Assembly (NCBI GenBank): GCA_048128005.1 | Contig: JBEUKZ010000016.1 | Span: forward strand, 186,001-250,000 | DNA: 64,000 bases | Direction: 5' to 3' | From: Veleropilina oligotropha | Taxonomy: Eukaryota | Part shown: positions 17,602 through 27,858 of the stretch, piece by piece | Layout of the letters: each line of letters opens with the position of its first letter | Numbering within the stretch: position 1 is the stretch's first letter | The notes under the pieces: generated by a model | Seen by the model: only the letters and a program-made list of their open reading frames with translations | What the model was told of the DNA's origin: nothing | Databases searched by the model: none | Made by a program: the position numbers and the translations under genes

Positions 17602-18906
17602 ATGGCCAGCCTCTACGGACGCACGCTTGACCCATACCGCAGACTGCGTGAGCCCCTCGGGGTCAAGGGTATACGCCAGTCGGTCACCATAACAAACAAC
17701 CCATCCACGATTTCTGCAAATCAGCAGCTCCTGGTTCGGTTCCCTAATCTCGGGACTCATGACGTGATAGTTCCAGGGACTGCCCACCTCGCATTCACAA
17801 TTTCTTTGACCTCGGCTAACCCGAACCGAACTGTAGTTCAGAATATTGGCCGCGCCGTGATCAGGAAGACCACGATCAAGATCAGTGGGAATGAGATACT
17901 ATCGATCGACGACTCTGACGTGTATCACTGCTACTGTGACCTCTGGAAGACGTCAGGGGAGCGCAAGAACGCCCAATATCAGGGTATCGACACCAGCGCT
18001 GCGAGGAATGTGACCGGACTGCGTGTTGGCGCGGCGAACGCATTCAGAAATCCTGAGGAGGTGGCCATCTCGGACGCGTACGGTCCCAGGTTTCGCATCC
18101 CGCTGGATTTCGAACTGTTGGAGAGCCATATGCCATTCTATCAGAGCGCGCTTGGGGACCGTTTGGAGTACGAACTCACGTTCAACGATTATTCGAGGAC
18201 GATCAAGGACACGGACGACCCGGCGGCAAACTACACCATCGACAACCTCTGCCTGGAATACGATATGGTCACCCAGACCGAGCTTGCCAGATTGATCCGA
18301 AACCAGTACTCGGGCCGCATCGCCATCCTCTACGACCGTGTGCTTCGGCATCGTAGAATCACCCTAGACAAGAGCGACACGCTGTGGAACCTAAACCTGA
18401 ACGTGCCGGCGCGGTCCATGAAAGGGATTCTACTGCTGTTTGAGGATCCCGCGAGAGACGCCGCACCATTTGCCAGGGACACTGAGGCCTTCTATAACCC
18501 GAAGATCACGAAGGTCGAGGTCACCATTGAGGGCGTACCGAATCAGATCTACAGCCAGGGAATGCGTTCATACCAGATCTGGGAAGAAGCCAAGAAGATG
18601 TTCGCCTCCTCCCCGAGCAGCAAGAGGCATCATGAGGTGGCGCTGGTGGCCAAGGATTTGGCTTTGGCAGACGTTACCCTGGGCCAGTTCTTGACGAAAA
18701 AGTTTGCCCTATGGATAGATCTGCGGGTAACCGACGACGATCAGCTGCACGGATCCGGCCGGAAGGTAGAGAATGCCAGCGAGGGCATCACGATCCAGAT
18801 CACTAAAACAGGCGAGCCAGCTGGTCCATTGAATGTTTACGAGTACGTGGTCATGGATGCACAGCTGAATATCGAGAATGGCCGATTCGTCACAGCGCTA
18901 TACTAA
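17602..18906 (+). CDS. Major capsid protein (double jelly-roll, inferred), element B
   Basis: 434-aa intact ORF upstream of the ATPase; homologous to the A copy. Confidence 0.75.
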   Translation: MASLYGRTLDPYRRLREPLGVKGIRQSVTITNNPSTISANQQLLVRFPNLGTHDVIVPGTAHLAFTISLTSANPNRTVVQNIGRAVIRKTTIKISGNEILSIDDSDVYHCYCDLWKTSGERKNAQYQGIDTSAARNVTGLRVGAANAFRNPEEVAISDAYGPRFRIPLDFELLESHMPFYQSALGDRLEYELTFNDYSRTIKDTDDPAANYTIDNLCLEYDMVTQTELARLIRNQYSGRIAILYDRVLRHRRITLDKSDTLWNLNLNVPARSMKGILLLFEDPARDAAPFARDTEAFYNPKITKVEVTIEGVPNQIYSQGMRSYQIWEEAKKMFASSPSSKRHHEVALVAKDLALADVTLGQFLTKKFALWIDLRVTDDDQLHGSGRKVENASEGITIQITKTGEPAGPLNVYEYVVMDAQLNIENGRFVTALY

Positions 18907-19511
18907 AAGACAGTTCCCGCACCCCAAGGACCCCCACTCCGCGATCATCTGCGGCCAGACGGGCTGTGGGAAGACGGTTTTCATGCTTGAACTTCTGGAG
19001 GGGGAGTACCTAGGAGTGTTCCGGCATATTGTGATCCTCTGCCCCACGATCAAGTTTAACAAGGCATACCAGTCCTGTCCGTGGATCTGGACTGACCCGG
19101 AGGTGTACTTGATCCCCCCCGGTGAGCGACTCCATGACTGGTTGCGGGGGTTCTACCGGCTGTTTCAGGGGGAACCAACCCTCTACATCATCGACGACTG
19201 CGCCGCCAGCAAAGCCCTCGCAAAGAGAAGGGACATGCTGACTTTGTTGGCCTTCAGCGGAAGACACGCCGAACAGAGCGTATGGGTAGTGACGCAAAAG
19301 TACAACGCAGTCTTGAAGGAGCTCAGAGAGCAGACCCGCTGGGTCGTGCTGTTCCATTGCAAGGACCGCGACAGTTTCGAGGACTCTGCGCGAGAACGAT
19401 GTTATCTCATCCTGCGACGAGAGAACCGCAGTGCGCCGGCTTTTGGCCGAGACCCGACACAAAAAGCTTCTGTTAAAGACCGATCAGCCCGTTGCCTATA
19501 GTGTGCTGTAG
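18878..19511 (+). pseudogene. Packaging ATPase with C-terminal frameshift, element B
   Basis: All ATPase motifs present; 2-bp loss near 19,384 relative to A (GAGGAATGTCTG vs GAGGACTCTG). Confidence 0.85.
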
Positions 19512-19553
19512 CATCTACCAGCATCTACCTAGCAGCTACTTAGCTAGCTAGGC

Positions 19554-20323
19554 ATGTCGGACGCTGTTTACATAGCTTTTGCTTGCAGCCAAAGCCTGAC
19601 GTTGCTGTTACTCGTGGGGGGGGGTGGTACTGGCTGTACTGTTATATTAGACCGCTCCGAAGATGTTGGAAACGACTCAGGATGGACAGTCTTATCGACC
19701 AACTCATGGATGACGAGGAAGAAACGACCGTGGGCGGCCATGGCTCGACGACCAAACGCTGCTCGCAGCACGAGGAACCTGTCAGTGGCTCCATAGGGAT
19801 GGCAAAGAAACGGGAGAGGCTTGCCGCGTTAGCCATTGGAGGGGATGCCAGCAAATACTTGGGGAGAAACCTCACGGTTGACCGAATCGACGATATGACT
19901 GACGACGAGGTTGAGAAACACCATGCACGGTATGAAGCGAAGCTAGGTGCTGACATGACGAAGACCCTGGGGACTGCTGCTATACAGCTGTATGCGGGTG
20001 CAGCTGGGATGTTCTTGCCCATTCCGCCGGAGAACCAACCACGTCTGGTCGCTGACCTCGAGGCCGATCCTTTCATCGCCCATGCTCTCCGCGGTGCAAG
20101 CTGTGAGCTGTATTATAAGTATGGCATGTGGCTAGCGCCGCTGACCGCCGTGTTGACCACTGCGAAACACTGCCAATTTGGACATGTTTGCCCGCCTAAA
20201 ATATCAGAGCGAGAGCGAGATCAAGATGACAACGCAGGAAACGGACCAAATGATCGAGAGCCAGCCGATCGAGAGCCAGCCGATAGAGAGGGTGACTTCT
20301 TCGACAGACTCATCAGTGAGTAA
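19554..20323 (+). pseudogene. Homologue of 4,291-5,046, frameshifted in a G-run
   Basis: MSDAVYIAF start is out of frame with the body at about 19,616-19,624. Confidence 0.65.
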
Positions 20324-20723
20324 AAAGGACCCTAAGAAGGTGGCTGCGGGGCGGGCCGGTGCTGCGGCCCGGAAATCCAAACAGGAGAAGCTACTGGAGG
20401 CGGTTAGAAAACTCAAAGAAGACGCTCGACAAGTATCCGTCAGCGAAGTTCCTTCAGAACCGCATGAGGCACAACAAAAACACAGTGGTGCCCCGGCCGA
20501 GGTGACCGCGGTCGAAAAGTCAGCTACACGGAAATCGGACCCATTTAATTGGACCCAGGTAGCCGTTGCTGCCGGTACGGTTGCGTTGTTATTTGTTATC
20601 TGGAAACGCAACAGTGGTCCATCCACACCACATCAACAGCCACCAGTCGCGGACGCTAGGCAGCCCCCCACCCCAACCACCACCGAATTGAAGAAGCAGC
20701 ACAACCCGTTCCATATGCGATAG
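20226..20723 (+). CDS. Basic/coiled-coil TM protein, element B
   Basis: Homologue of 4,961-5,467. Confidence 0.7.
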   Translation: MTTQETDQMIESQPIESQPIERVTSSTDSSVSKKDPKKVAAGRAGAAARKSKQEKLLEAVRKLKEDARQVSVSEVPSEPHEAQQKHSGAPAEVTAVEKSATRKSDPFNWTQVAVAAGTVALLFVIWKRNSGPSTPHQQPPVADARQPPTPTTTELKKQHNPFHMR

Positions 20724-20735
20724 TCTCAGTACAAC

Positions 20736-20975
20736 ATGACTACCCCGATTACTGATGGAAAGATGCTCGGCAACGCCGTCTACCATGCGGCTATTGTATC
20801 AGGCCTTGCCATAGGCTACGCACGCCTGGGAAAAATGGTATTCAAGGGGGCGAGCCCCAAGCTGGACTTCACGGGTTACGATGTTGGGATGGTCGTCCTC
20901 GACGTAGCGCTCGCCATGGCGACGAAAGACATGCTGATCAAGCAAGGCATCATACCGGCCGACGTTTTGAAGTAG
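20736..20975 (+). CDS. Small hydrophobic protein (79 aa), element B
   Basis: Homologue of 5,482-5,721. Confidence 0.75.
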   Translation: MTTPITDGKMLGNAVYHAAIVSGLAIGYARLGKMVFKGASPKLDFTGYDVGMVVLDVALAMATKDMLIKQGIIPADVLK

Positions 20976-21005
20976 TGGGACCTGCTAGATAATCGCAGCA
21001 TTTCA

Positions 21006-21434
21006 ATGGCTTCCATTGCAATGCTGGTTGGGGGCGCTCTCGTCAACGCCCTCGCCTTCAGCGGGTCCAACTTCCTCTTCTCGAAGCTACGCAGCTCCGG
21101 TGTCGACGAGGAGCGTAAACGCCACGACAAAGCCGTAGAACAGCTCAACGCTGCTCAGACTAAATGGTCCCAGAAGCGGGCAGAGCGTCTCGATTGGCTG
21201 AACGTTGAACTTCGCCGCCAGGGTCACGCTGTTGGCACATTCCGGGATGTTGACGCCGCGATCCGTGAGTATGCATTGATCACCGGCAAGAACCTTGACC
21301 CCGGCCTGGGGGGTGGCCCTGAGCCCGCCCTGTCTGACTACTACACGCCTAGTGATGGCCAGAAGGGACGTGAGATCACCTTCATCATCCTGGGGATGGC
21401 TGCGACCGGGTTGGTAGCCTACAAGCTCGCCTAA
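21006..21434 (+). CDS. Protein with hydrophobic termini and coiled coil, element B
   Basis: Homologue of 5,753-6,184. Confidence 0.75.
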   Translation: MASIAMLVGGALVNALAFSGSNFLFSKLRSSGVDEERKRHDKAVEQLNAAQTKWSQKRAERLDWLNVELRRQGHAVGTFRDVDAAIREYALITGKNLDPGLGGGPEPALSDYYTPSDGQKGREITFIILGMAATGLVAYKLA

Positions 21435-21475
21435 TTATTTCCAGTGGACATTTTTTTTCGTGGGCATGTATAGTA

Positions 21476-21706
21476 ATGGGGCTCCCAGAAGAGCTGTACT
21501 GCGCCATGCTTGCGGTCAGCGGGGTGGGCCTTAGTACTACGTCACTCGACTGCTGGCGCCGCGACGAAAAGACTATGGTGCGGTTCGCAGTCCTGGTGCT
21601 CTCGGGCCCGACCAACCTTCGGGCGACGACTGCGCAGCGACCGGCTCCGGAAGCTGAAGCCTGTTGGAGACTGATCAGTTTACTGGAATACATTGCTGAT
21701 GGATAG
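21476..21706 (+). CDS. Hypothetical 76-aa protein, element B
   Basis: Homologue of 6,227-6,457. Confidence 0.4.
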   Translation: MGLPEELYCAMLAVSGVGLSTTSLDCWRRDEKTMVRFAVLVLSGPTNLRATTAQRPAPEAEACWRLISLLEYIADG

Positions 21707-22697
21707 TAAGCTTGCGAGGATGTACTACAGCCCTAAGGGCTACTGGAAAGGCATTGCAGCCATCAAGAAACTAGCGGAGGCTGCCAAGGCGTCTGAAATG
21801 GAGGCCCGGACATGGCTTAAGAGGCAGGCTATATGGCAGATCTATTTACCTGCGCCACGGCGGATTCCAAGACCAAAATTCGACGTCGTAACGCGAAACG
21901 AGGTTCACCAAGCCGACCTCCTGTTTCTCCCCCATGACAAGGTCGGCCGTAAAACCTATAAGTACGCTTTGACTGTGGTTGATGTGGCCAGTCGCTTTAA
22001 AGAAGCTGAGCCTCTGGCCACAAAAGAGGCCAAAGGGGTTGCTGAAGCTCTGTCTCGAATCTACAGGCGGAGTCCTCTTAGCTGGCCGAAATTGTTTCAG
22101 GTTGATCCAGGGCGAGAGTTCATGGGGACGGTCTCCCAGCTGCTGGCAAATAATAATGTCGAGGTTAGGCGTGGCCGTGTGGATCTCCATCGCGATCAAG
22201 GGATCGTGGAGCGCTTCAACCGGACGCTCGCTGAGCGGCTCTTCGGGCACCAGTATGCAACAGAGATGAGTTTTACAGGGTCTGCGAAAGAGGGTCAAAG
22301 GTCAACTGAGTGGGTCGCCAGGCTAGCAGCTGTAGTTGCGGCGTTGAATGGGGAAGTGACCAGGCTGACCGGTAAAAAGCCCAAGGACGCCATCAAGGCA
22401 CCTCGCGTTGCACAAAATCCTTCTTCCACTGTTCCAGGCCGACAGGGGAAGGAACAGAAACTCCCCTCTGACGTAGATGTTCGATACCTATACCAACCCG
22501 GTGAGTTGGAGGGTGGTCGCCGGCGAGCGACTGACCCGGTGTGGTCTCTAAAAGTGCACAGGCTTGGACGCTCTGTCACTAAACCTGACGAGCCTGTGCT
22601 CTACTACTTGCTTGATGGACCACCGCGTGGGTTCGTTCGTGAGGAACTTCTCGTGGTGCCTCGTGACACCCAACTGCCGCCGGTTCTCAGGCGTTAA
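21699..22697 (+). CDS. rve (DDE) integrase, element B
   Basis: HQADL, FQVDPGREF, GIVERFNRTL intact. Confidence 0.93.
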   Translation: MDSKLARMYYSPKGYWKGIAAIKKLAEAAKASEMEARTWLKRQAIWQIYLPAPRRIPRPKFDVVTRNEVHQADLLFLPHDKVGRKTYKYALTVVDVASRFKEAEPLATKEAKGVAEALSRIYRRSPLSWPKLFQVDPGREFMGTVSQLLANNNVEVRRGRVDLHRDQGIVERFNRTLAERLFGHQYATEMSFTGSAKEGQRSTEWVARLAAVVAALNGEVTRLTGKKPKDAIKAPRVAQNPSSTVPGRQGKEQKLPSDVDVRYLYQPGELEGGRRRATDPVWSLKVHRLGRSVTKPDEPVLYYLLDGPPRGFVREELLVVPRDTQLPPVLRR

Positions 22698-25600
22698 CAA
22701 CCGCAAATCCTCTTTTTCGGTTACATTCAAGGCACGTTAAGCGCACGTTGTCGCGGATGTGGCCCCTGCGGTTGTCCACACGGTCGACACTGAACTGCTG
22801 TGTGTCTTTGGGCTGGTAGGCCCAGAGCAGCTCTATGTTACATGCTGCGCATCGGTTGTTTTGGGCCTCTCTGAGCCGCAGGATGTCGTCGACCTTGAGG
22901 TTAAACCCCGGGAGTCCCTTTGCCTGGTCCTGGCGCATGTATGCCACGAGCTTCCTCTGGATGGTTTTTCGGAGCTGCTGCTTGCTCTGCTGCGCTTGGG
23001 GCGGCCTGTCCTCAGAACCCTCATCTGGAGGACAGGTTACCCGCTCGAGCTGATGCAGATACTCCACCCGGGACACGGCTAGGTAGGCGAGATTACTCCA
23101 CTGAAGGTAGTCGTCGATGATCCAGACTTTCTGTGGGTCGTGAATGGTAAGACCCTGGCTCGAATGGATGGTGAGAGCATAGCCCAGGCGCCAATCCGGG
23201 GTCAGGATAGCCCGCTCAGCGGCCTCAATCGTGACCTCAACGACGTCGTTGAGAACTAGCTCCTGTCTTTCGTCGGTGCCCGGAATTGTTACCATGATGT
23301 TTTGCTTACGGGTGTCCCTGGGGTGGTAAAGGATAGGAACCTGGGAGTCTGGGAAGTGCTCCTTGTGCCTCTGGAGCAACAGCTGTTGAGCCCGTTCGCG
23401 GACCTTCTGACGGCTGGTGAGGATTAGGTCGCCTGGCCTCCAGGTGTTGACAAACCGATCCCATCCAAGGCAGCTGGGGAGACTCTTACGCATTTCCCCG
23501 CACTGGATTTTGTCGGGCTGGAGACGTATACGTCTTTTCAGGGCTTGGAGGGCAGGGTCGTCTTTCGCCCTGTAGTCTACTTCGATCTCCTCATAGTAGT
23601 CCGCGGTCTGTCGCAGCCAATCGTGCGGCATCTCGCCCGTAATCGGTGGTGGCTGGCCCTGATCGCCACAGCAGATAACCTGAACTTCGTGGTGGCCCAG
23701 CCAGTCCAAGAACATCTCGAGGATAGGCCGGGGAACAGTACAGACCTCGTCCCAGATAATGACGCGGGGGATGAACTTCTGACCCATGCGGTCGGGTGTC
23801 CAGTCAGTCTGGCCGCTCCATCGGAAGAAACTGTGGTAGGTCTGGGCTTTGACGCCTCTGGTTCGCATCTCTTTAGCGAGGCGGTGGGTTGGCGTGAATA
23901 CAATGGGATTCCTTGCCCGGAAGAGCTCGATCGCTCTCGTAGTCTTGCCACAGCCCCCTCCACCATTGAGGTAACTCAGGCGATGGTGGGTCAGCGTGTC
24001 ATTGTAGCAAGGCGCGGTGCTTGGCTGGCTGGAATTGGCGGCACAACAATACTCTGGCTTGGGCAGGTATGCGGCATGTTCCTGTGGCAGGTAAAGCTGT
24101 TCCCCCTTGTCACGCCACTGGGCCGGTGCTACTGGCGGAAGGTACGTCTCCCCGATCAGACAGGAGATGCACGATTGGCTGCGACAGTCGCAGAGTTTGG
24201 GGGCAACGTACACCGCGACATCGTCGAGCTTCTCCAACGAGGCCTTCTTGAGGTAGATGCTGTCAGTGGCTACCCGGACGGCTTCTGCTGCACTGAAACG
24301 CTGGACCATGCTCAAGAGGTTTATGTGGGCATAGGCCAACATGCTGGCCCTCAGGTGGGCGTACTGAGGCTGGGAGCCATCATAGTACGTGAGGATGTGA
24401 CCGAGGGGGCATCTCTGAGGAGCGCCAACCAGGGTGCCGCTTTGGCGGGTGTCTCTTACGAGGAAGTCAAGCTCTCCCTGGTCAATCACCAGTCTACGAG
24501 TCAATCTTTTGCCGTCAGCCTTGGCGCCTTGGGTGAATTTGCCGATGATACTGCATCCCTGGTCACGATTCTCCGGAAGCCAGACATCGAGTTGATTTTT
24601 GAAGGCGATAATGGCCTCTCGGATCTTGAGGCTTTTTAGCAGTCCAGATTCTATGAGGAAGGCGAGCAGAGGCGTCGGGGCCCATCCATTCTCTGCAAAG
24701 TGCTTTCCGAACCAGGCGGGAATGACGGGGTGGATGTCTTGTGCGAACTCCCATTCCACGACCTCGGCAAACCCGGTACCGATTTCTCGGGGTAGAGGAC
24801 CGTTAATTGCGACCCGGGTCATGCTGTGGGTTGGGTGCCCGAATCTTTCGAAGTACGGCTTAGCCTCGCCCTTCCCCAGAAAGCTGGCAGGGTAGCAGGC
24901 TTTCATGTCGATGCAGCAGACATCGCCCGTATCGTAGTTCATGGAATTCCACAGGCCACCATGGCCATGCTCTACGCAGGCCTTCTGGATATCATCGAGC
25001 AGGCCCGCTGGGGTAGGTCTCCAGCCGTTGTTCTCTTTGGCCATAATGCTAGCTGCATGGTTCTCACCAAAGGCTCGATCGGCGAGAGACTCATTCCCCA
25101 GAGCCTTACAGGCTTCTTGGAGTCTCTCGTGAGCCTCTTTTGTCCGGTAAGTGCGGCCGTCCTGAAGCACGAACTGGTTCACGTTGAGCTGTCGGTCTGT
25201 ACCGCCAAGGAGCCAGACAGCCAATGGCTCGTTACGTGTGGCTTGTCGGATAGCTTCCCAGACATCGCCCTCGTAGATGTTGACCTCGCGAGACTGCGGG
25301 AAGTGTAGGTCCTTGGACCAGGCGTGGCCGTTGTGACAGATGAGTTCTACTTGTCTGAATGTATGGTTTCCTTGACCGCGGTATTTACCACTGTTGTAGA
25401 TGTCGGCACCTGCGATGTCTCGCACGATGATCGCCCGTTTCAGTATCTTCTCGAGGATGGATATATCATCCACAGTGGCGCCTGTTACATGAACTCGCGC
25501 CTCCCACTCCTGTATTTTCTGCCGCCTTATCGGGGTGAGTCCGTTTCCTCTCAGGGCACCTTCGAAGTGCTCAACCACTCTCTGGGCAACGCAGTTGAGA

Positions 25601-26358
25601 TCGCCGTTCTTCATTGGAACCAGGTTGGCTGGGTTTGGTTCTCTGAGAGGGTAGAGGCCGTAGACGACTGCAGTAACCGGGTAGGCGTTCTCGTAGTAGG
25701 CTTTGTCGACCCCAGTGATAGCACCTGGCTTAGTGTCCTGAGAGATCTCAACGACACCCTGGCCCTTCTTCCTCGCAGCCTTCACCGGGTCAAACTTGTC
25801 TTCGACCACCCAGTCGCCTTCACCCCACTCCCGCAAGAACTTTATCCTCAGGAGAAACTCACCCTTGGGAAAGGCTGTGAGGAGCTGTGCCGCCCTTGCA
25901 TCTGTCATACGGGCATCCAGGGCCAGCCGTCCAGCCACTTCTATCCTCCATGTGGAGAAGGCCGCCGCGGCGCCATTGACCTCAAACTCGTCTTTGGCGT
26001 CGCTCAAGAGTTCCACCCACGGCTCTTTTGCTGGGAGCCTTACAGGGGGAGGGACCTGGTCATCCAGGTCGATGAATCGTTGCCCCTCTGTTGTGGTAAA
26101 CAGCCCTAGTAGATCATTCTGGTAGTCCTGGGCTGTCCGGGGCTTTTTGGAGAGGGGGATTGGGTCAAATTCCTCAACAATGGCTTTCCGCTTTCTCTCC
26201 GTTTGGGGATCCTTGGATGGGACCAGAGGCTTCAACAAGCGCTCCTTCACGTCTTCCGGGATTGGTTCGTCTAGAATATTCTGAACCACGTCCCGGAGAG
26301 TTTCAGATGCCTGCATGTCTGCGAGCAGTTGGTCTATATAGTCATCCATAGTCGACAT
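22687..26358 (-). CDS. Replication polyprotein (OTU-like, PolB, SF1 helicase, HNH-like), element B
   Basis: Same motifs as A; helicase motif VI AYLAVSRV intact; different N-terminus. Confidence 0.85.
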   Translation of the reverse strand: MSTMDDYIDQLLADMQASETLRDVVQNILDEPIPEDVKERLLKPLVPSKDPQTERKRKAIVEEFDPIPLSKKPRTAQDYQNDLLGLFTTTEGQRFIDLDDQVPPPVRLPAKEPWVELLSDAKDEFEVNGAAAAFSTWRIEVAGRLALDARMTDARAAQLLTAFPKGEFLLRIKFLREWGEGDWVVEDKFDPVKAARKKGQGVVEISQDTKPGAITGVDKAYYENAYPVTAVVYGLYPLREPNPANLVPMKNGDLNCVAQRVVEHFEGALRGNGLTPIRRQKIQEWEARVHVTGATVDDISILEKILKRAIIVRDIAGADIYNSGKYRGQGNHTFRQVELICHNGHAWSKDLHFPQSREVNIYEGDVWEAIRQATRNEPLAVWLLGGTDRQLNVNQFVLQDGRTYRTKEAHERLQEACKALGNESLADRAFGENHAASIMAKENNGWRPTPAGLLDDIQKACVEHGHGGLWNSMNYDTGDVCCIDMKACYPASFLGKGEAKPYFERFGHPTHSMTRVAINGPLPREIGTGFAEVVEWEFAQDIHPVIPAWFGKHFAENGWAPTPLLAFLIESGLLKSLKIREAIIAFKNQLDVWLPENRDQGCSIIGKFTQGAKADGKRLTRRLVIDQGELDFLVRDTRQSGTLVGAPQRCPLGHILTYYDGSQPQYAHLRASMLAYAHINLLSMVQRFSAAEAVRVATDSIYLKKASLEKLDDVAVYVAPKLCDCRSQSCISCLIGETYLPPVAPAQWRDKGEQLYLPQEHAAYLPKPEYCCAANSSQPSTAPCYNDTLTHHRLSYLNGGGGCGKTTRAIELFRARNPIVFTPTHRLAKEMRTRGVKAQTYHSFFRWSGQTDWTPDRMGQKFIPRVIIWDEVCTVPRPILEMFLDWLGHHEVQVICCGDQGQPPPITGEMPHDWLRQTADYYEEIEVDYRAKDDPALQALKRRIRLQPDKIQCGEMRKSLPSCLGWDRFVNTWRPGDLILTSRQKVRERAQQLLLQRHKEHFPDSQVPILYHPRDTRKQNIMVTIPGTDERQELVLNDVVEVTIEAAERAILTPDWRLGYALTIHSSQGLTIHDPQKVWIIDDYLQWSNLAYLAVSRVEYLHQLERVTCPPDEGSEDRPPQAQQSKQQLRKTIQRKLVAYMRQDQAKGLPGFNLKVDDILRLREAQNNRCAACNIELLWAYQPKDTQQFSVDRVDNRRGHIRDNVRLTCLECNRKRGFAVVNA

Positions 26359-26406
26359 GTTGCCGGGCGGGCATACACTAAGATCTTTACTTCTCTAATA
26401 GGAAAT

Positions 26407-26745
26407 TTACGTGTGGTAAATTGCAGCCAAGCGGAGAAACTCTCTCCGGAAGGCACTTTTCTTTCGTTGCCAGTCCATAGAGTTCTCACTCTTATACCCA
26501 CAGCCCTTACACAACGTAAACCGGTTGAAGATGCCTTTGCCGCATTTGATGCAGGGCTTTGTGACCCAGCCATTTCGCCGTAGCCGAGCCAAATGCACTT
26601 TGCAATACTCTCTCAGACAACTCTTACCACATAGTTCTGTGGAGCTTATAGTAAGCCAGTGACAGGTGTCTGTGCCCTTCATCGTATCCTTTGCAGTGGG
26701 TATATCCTGTGATGTGGGTATATCTAATAGGACACTTATTGCCAT
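26407..26745 (-). CDS. Small Cys-rich zinc-finger protein, element B
   Basis: Homologue of 11,387-11,680; start may be 26,682. Confidence 0.7.
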   Translation of the reverse strand: MAISVLLDIPTSQDIPTAKDTMKGTDTCHWLTISSTELCGKSCLREYCKVHLARLRRNGWVTKPCIKCGKGIFNRFTLCKGCGYKSENSMDWQRKKSAFRREFLRLAAIYHT

Positions 26746-27121
26746 GCAACTGCACGCTACCAGCGGGAACTACATACTTACATAACAGCTGCTCGGGGAT
26801 TCCCTGTCCTCAAACACATTTCCGGCTTTCCTAGCATATATTAATAGCCTGTTCAGCCGTCTACTGTGGCCTCATTCATGCTGCTGCTCTTATCGCCACA
26901 CGCGTCTATTATTAGCCCGTTCAGCTCGCTGCTGACCCAGATTTCCTATTAGAGGTATGAAGATCCTAGTATATACCCGCACTATGTCGCGGTAAACATG
27001 GGCATTATTTCTCACTGTTATCTACCGGCTGTGGCGGTGCGTCAGATAGTTGCACGCTCGCAAGCGGGAATTATATATTTATCTAAACTGGCTGCAATCT
27101 CGCCATGCAATTTGCACGGAA

Positions 27122-27300
27122 TGAAGCCCCCTTGTATTTCAGCCGTAGCCTGGGGTGTCTTCTCGACCATCTGTCGGCCCTCTTGAAGCCCCCTTGTATT
27201 TCAGCCGTAGCCTGGGGTGTCTTCGACCATCTCTCGGCCCTCTTGAAGCCCCCTTGTATTTCAGCCGTAGCCTGGGGTGTCTTCTCGACCATCTCTCGGC
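27122..27300. repeat. Three tandem 60-62 bp repeats in the right subterminal region of B
   Basis: TGAAGCCCCCTTGTATTTCAGCCGTAGCCTGGGGTGTC... at 27,122, 27,184 and 27,244. Confidence 0.9.
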
Positions 27301-27858
27301 ATTTTCTCCACGCAGCCTTCTTCCTCAAGAATTCGAAACGCAACATGCGAAAGCATTCTGAGGAGGTCGTTGTGACATATGCATCAGATCTTATAAATAC
27401 TAAAGCCTGACAGTTCTTATATAGTCGGGTAGCCATGGCAGGCAAGAGAGGAGGTGTCTCGTCACTTATGATGTGAATATTAAATCACGACAACGTTGAA
27501 CATAGACTACGTTGATTAAAATAAAACCTACAACACTCTAGACATATTGTAAAGCCGATTAAATCCCGAATCCTTAATTAGTTAACTGTCCATTGATTAT
27601 AATGTGGCCACATTATCCAGTCAATCTTTATTTGATACTGGATAATGTATTTCAGTCGAGGGGAATACCAACAGTGAGTCACTCCACAACAAGCTTTTCT
27701 ACTAGGTCATACGCAGTCGTGCGCGACGTAACTAGGCAACCAGGTAGTATTTGAATAGACTATGGATTGTATTGTTGTTCATAAGCTAACCTGGTTTTCA
27801 GACAGAGCTGTATGTAAACACGGTGACTGTTATAATACAAGCCCGACCCTGGGAGCCT

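Noticed and set aside
27122..27300. CRISPR-like array or repeat-protein ORFs (27,083-27,445 and others)
   Set aside because: Contiguous repeats without unique spacers; unit lengths of 62 and 60 bp shift the frame; eukaryotic context.
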